Below are positions 58,953 to 64,000 of a DNA stretch of 64,000 bases, in pieces (position 1 is the first letter of the stretch; each line of letters starts with the position of its first letter). The DNA is from Bugula neritina (taxonomy: Eukaryota > Animalia > Bryozoa): positions 25,419,504 through 25,483,503 of the forward strand of contig OZ037765.1 of assembly GCA_964035545.1 (NCBI GenBank), given 5' to 3'. A model generated the notes under the pieces. It ran no database searches, was not told the origin of the DNA, and saw only the letters and a list, made by a program, of their open reading frames with translations. A program made the translations under genes and the position numbers.

Positions 58953-61900
58953 TATATGTGACCTCCCACCACAAAACAGGGAACGTTGGTCAGTTTTTCA
59001 AAATCAAGTTATTAGTATAGAGTTAAAGAGCAGATCTTTGCAATCATTTTGCAATTTATTTGAAGTCTCTAGTGCAAATAGAACTCGAGATATTGATATT
59101 CAAAAACCTTGGCGTTTTTAAAACAATCAATTTACGTTTTTGAGAAATTCGCTTTTAAAGTAAGGAGGTCTGGAATAATTTATGGATTATTTGTTTACAT
59201 TTGTCAAGCCTTAGCAACGGGCCTTTTTATTCTAGCAAACTGGACAAATTTGGTATCAAAACATTTGTTTAAGTATGGGCTTTCAGCTCAACCAGTTTTT
59301 ACGTTTCCTAAACAAAAAATTAGGTCAAAGATGGCCGCCAAATTTGTTGTAACTTTATTTTCCCGAATAGCTATTAAATTGTGATAACAGTTGAAAACTT
59401 TGCTACTTTCAGCACATATAAGGACCTTTAAGCACTTTTTTGCACCGACATTCATTTGAACCAACTATGCTAACTAGGTGTCGTAAGAAACAAAATGGCA
59501 GCCATTTCCTCTTTTACGTTTGCTATTTCCCTCATTATTAATATCTCATGTAACATGTCCAACTGTAGCTATTGAGCCATGCCATTCGATAGTATCAATT
59601 GTTTCATGCGTAAAAATCATATGAGAGAATCATTCAACTATTATGATATTATACAAAATTTATTCAGTCATACAGTTACGAAAATAAGGTATAGGTTATT
59701 TTTAATCTTCAAATCAATTATTATAAACAGATAAAAGTGTAGAAATTCAGCATAAATGAAACTTAAATTAATTCATATAGCAGAAAGACTGCTCAGGTGG
59801 TTCGTATGGTCTCTGAATCTATGTCCTTGTTCTTCATAGCGTGAGTTTACAGAGTATAAGCACATAACCAAGAGCTTAATTGCTGCTACAAACGATATTC
59901 CAGTAGTCAAAGTTGATAGATGCTGCTACTATAAATCTACCCTGTTCATCTATAGCCACTTAGACCTGCAATTATAATATTAATTTATTTTTAGATTATA
60001 AAAGAGAACAATAGTGCATTAGAAATTAAATCTGGCTATAATATGTAATTGTTTTAACACCATTTAACTACTATATTACAGCAGCTAATAATTATTGAGC
60101 AATTTCTCAACATTTAAGTTTATAGCGAATTTGAAGGCACATTTGCAAACTAGTTATTTTTAAAATTTTTGAGCATAATGAAATACTAGACACCTTTTTT
60201 CGAGTAAAGTTAGCAGAAGCTATAAGCTTGCAAGCGGTAGCTCTCCAAATGCAAGGAGTCCGGATCACAAATGTAAGAATGATAGGTTATATGCAGCATG
60301 CTCTTGAGCTGTATAGGCGACATACCAAACAGCACCTCATTGAAAAGTTCCATCATGTTGCCCTCACATCTTCACTTTCCTAAAATGAAAATAATGTTAT
60401 ATTCCTGAATAATAATCATGATGTAGTAATAAAATTATTTTCTTTTCCTATTGCCATCAAAAATTAAGTCGTTTGAATATTTAGCATGTTTGAATCTGCA
60501 GTACTAAAGCAATAAGCTTGTATTTGAAAAATAAAACAACTAACTAATCAATATACTATTTAACATTCAATTCAAAGTGAGTAGACAGAGCTAAGCAAGT
60601 AGCAACAAAACCTACTAAATATAGCTACTGCAAAACCAATTTAAATTCAATTACTTACTTAAATATAAATAAATATAATAAATAAATCAGCATAAGTAGT
60701 TGTAGTACTCCAATTCTATTTTGAAACTGGAAAGTCTTGCATGATAAAAGTGATGTATTCTAATAGTCATAGATAACTATAAGATTTAAACTAAGGGTAG
60801 CTGTAAGTGTTAGGCTGACAGTGACCAACAACAAGTGACTTGATTTTGACATCATTATTATTGTTTCACTCGTAAAGATCTTAAAGTTAATCACTGTTAT
60901 TATGAATATTATTATTATACTTGAACTTATTCAAATTGAATCACATTCGACATTTCAGTATGAGTATAGATTATGTTAAATATTCATATTCAATATAAAA
61001 GTGGCGCTCCGCTGACTGTGGACCACTTAACATACCCAGACTTAAAATTTCTATAAATAATCAATATGAAAATGAACATTTAATACTATGAACTTCAAGT
61101 TAATGATAATAATAATATAATATTCAATAAGATTATCCCAAGAACTAACTGAAAGAATTACTAATAGTATTAGTGTAATACTGAACCCTATTTAATAGTA
61201 TTATCAATGTGAGTAGGCCTATGAGCATTTAGTTTTGAATAAAAATAAAACGCTCAATACTAAAAATTTCAAGTTAAAAATATCATCTTTTTAGCATCAG
61301 CTGTTAAAAATGAAAGTCAAGAAAGCATTTGACCTACATAGGCTAGAGTAAATCACTAAATCAAAATAAAAATGTTATACTATTATTATTTATTAATACA
61401 AATAACTTAATAAGTATATAACTCGGATTTATTATGATATTTTAATCATGATTATTAATATTATTATTAAATTCAACAACTACAACATTAGAAGTAGAAG
61501 TATAACTTTAACTATAAGTATAAGTTAATAACTACTAGTAAATTATATAATTATTTAGTAGCGTAAATGAGCTATTTTCAGTATAATTACCTGCTTTGTA
61601 GTGATTTAATCATAAAGTCCAAAGATAAAGATCAATATTAAACTACAGCTAAGGAAATTAGTTGCGTTAAAAGCTAACTTAATCTTTGCAGCCAGCGCCA
61701 AAAATAGCTAATACTAAACTTAGTTTCAGAAGTAGGCTTCCTATCATGCGAGGAGAATGCAAGAGCTATCTTTATTAAACAAAGGATTATTTGTAGGATT
61801 CCGCGCTATGAAATGTTTTAATTTCATTTTCGTAATAGTAATGATAACTCCGAGTCAACTTGACTACGATCCGCCATTTTGAAGAACTATTTAATGCATA

Positions 61901-62117
61901 GTTACCAACTTTAGAGTTGATTTTGAGGTTGAATGAGTTAGCAAATGCTTGCGAAAATATGATATTTGAAATCCTTGAGTTTTTCTGTATAAGAAAAGTT
62001 TAAAATTTAAAGACTGGCAAAAAATTTCAATTTTTGGTTTTTCAAAATTTAACCTTCATTTACTACACTTCATGAATGCCGCCAAGTTCCCGGTTTTGTC
62101 GTGATGGGTCACATATA
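58953..62117. mobile_element. Putative non-autonomous DNA transposon bounded by imperfect ~37-bp TIRs
   Basis: The left end TATATGTGACCTCCCACCACAAAACAGGGAACGTTGG matches the reverse complement of the right end, TATATGTGACCCATCACGACAAAACCGGGAACTTGG. Both ends have a terminal TA. No transposase ORF is visible. Confidence 0.55.
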
Positions 62118-64000
62118 ACCCAGCCGCATGTCGTTGAGTGCAAATGAATTTTAAACAACGGTCAATATCAACGAAGCGAGGTCATCTCAACACGGTTTAG
62201 AGTTATTTTCCCTCTGTAAGCACAGATTATCCGACAGAAAATTTTATTTAAAAATTGTCACTCGTAAAACCAATGGGTTAAAGGACAAGGGTATATTATA
62301 CCTCACTCTGGGTAAAACTAATGTAAGCCAGAAGCCCGTAACCACACCATAATTATAAGAGTAATTTTATTAGTATTCTCAATAATTAAATTTATCAACA
62401 ATTATAATACAGTTAATAAATTTCAATAATAATACCAATAGTTATAAATGTTACTCGGCCGAGCTTAAGGTTAATGCCTAATCCCGCTAATGTCAATAAT
62501 GAATAAACATCAAAATGTTGCCCGCCTGTGGCTGTTGCACTTGCTCACACTCACAGTCTGAGTCACTTTGACCATTGTTATCACTTATGATTATTCAACT
62601 ATAAGATTAAAAAATAATTTGAAATAATTAATAATAATATTAGTATAGTTATTTCATTTTGCAAATAATATTAACTAAGCATCAGCATGACAATCACCAT
62701 GTCATTGATTTTATATCACGAAGTCAAACTCAACACTGATGACTCAAACAGTGACAGTCAAAACTCAAATGACCTAATACTCTAATAGTAATACTAATAG
62801 TAATAGTAATACTAATACTAATAGTAATTGAAATTCAATCACAATGCAGTCAAATTCTTCTTTTGGTGGTATCAGTATCTGTCTGGTTTTGTCGAACTGA
62901 TTTTGTACTGAATTGAAATTAATTGATCTTGATTATTATATCTTTATTCTATAGATATAATATCAATAACACTTTTAGTTTTATATTTGTTGATACGTGA
63001 GCTGTTTTTTGGTGCTAACGGAATTTTACATGATTTGACTTTAGCCTTAGAAAATCGGTTGAAGCAGCATCTAGTTGATGATCACTGAGCGCATTGGTTT
63101 GGTGGTCTCGAATTTGGACAACGATATGTATACAAATACTGTACTCAGTTACCTCCAAATTGGTGCTGTTTCTAGGGGTATTTTTAGCTGTAGTTCAAAA
63201 CTCAAATTTTGATAGTTGAGTGGTATGGTGAGTGATCGATGTACCCGATTTATAGTGCTAACCGGAAACAAGAACTGTGGCATAAAACGTATACTTTTTT
63301 CCGTACCTGTAGGAAAGAGCTGTTCAGTTACTAAAACTCAGTCAAAGTAAAGGTTCGTAAAGCCAAATGGTTGTCTTAGTTAACACTGTTAGCAGTCAAC
63401 ATTGACAGTTTGCAGTCGCAATATTAGAAAAATATACAAGCCATACTAAGAGTAAATATATTTTTGAGTTATTTATTTTTAAGAGTAAGTGAGTTACAGT
63501 TTGAGTTACACTTCCAGTTACTGTTAGTGTTACACTTACTGCTACTACTACTAGCAGTAACTGTAAGTGTAACTGTAACTCACTTACTAGCAGTGCTAGT
63601 GTTATTCTTACTCTTAGTTTTACACTTACTGTAACTGTTGGTGTTACTGTTAGTGTTAGTATTACTTATACTTGAGTTGTTACCAGTTGGCGTTGAGTAG
63701 TACTAGGTCTAGTAGTAAGGGTAAGCTAGGAAAGAAGCAAGGTCTAACTGCAAGACGAAGTCTACCTCTAGGCTCTAACTCTAAGTACTAGAGTCTAGGC
63801 TCATAGGGTAATTTTGTTTAGTTATTTACTATTAGTATTAGTTTTACCATATCATAATCAAATGGAAATTCAAAATAATTAAATGGGAATGTTTTTATAA
63901 CTGATTGATTTGCAATCATTAATAATATAATAATTAGTATTACTATTATCATAATTGTTATTAGCCATTCATATTATACTTGATTATATTTATACTAATA

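Noticed and set aside
59109-59384. 91-aa ORF as a transposase
   Set aside because: TTG start, no DDE or DNA-binding motifs; chance ORF inside the repeat.
59880-59965. NHL-repeat-like peptide VAIDEQGRFIVAA on the minus strand
   Set aside because: Short, bounded by stop codons and has no further repeats; probably chance.

Overview
AT-rich, intron-dense animal genomic DNA. The troponin sequences look spiralian/mollusc-like, which is inference. Reconstructing exons by hand (GT-AG, phase-checked) gives seven genes. On the + strand: the 3' part of an SLC7 amino-acid transporter, then troponin I directly followed head-to-tail by troponin T, both with duplicated, alternatively used exons. On the - strand: two tandem polycystin-2 (PKD2/TRPP) paralogues, a divergent Q50 PRD-class homeobox gene, and a gene encoding an apparently undescribed PDZ-PDZ-(degenerate Roc)-COR-death-domain protein. 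The last ~6 kb holds a TIR-bounded element and cryptic hexamer low-complexity DNA. Top leads: (1) the ROCO-like pseudo-GTPase scaffold; (2) vertebrate-style TnI-TnT linkage in a protostome, with two mutually exclusive exon pairs and a TnI that stops right after its inhibitory peptide; (3) PKD2 duplicates that differ at the selectivity filter (LGDFD vs LGDFN) and in the acidic trafficking cluster. All gene models are manual and not confirmed by transcripts.
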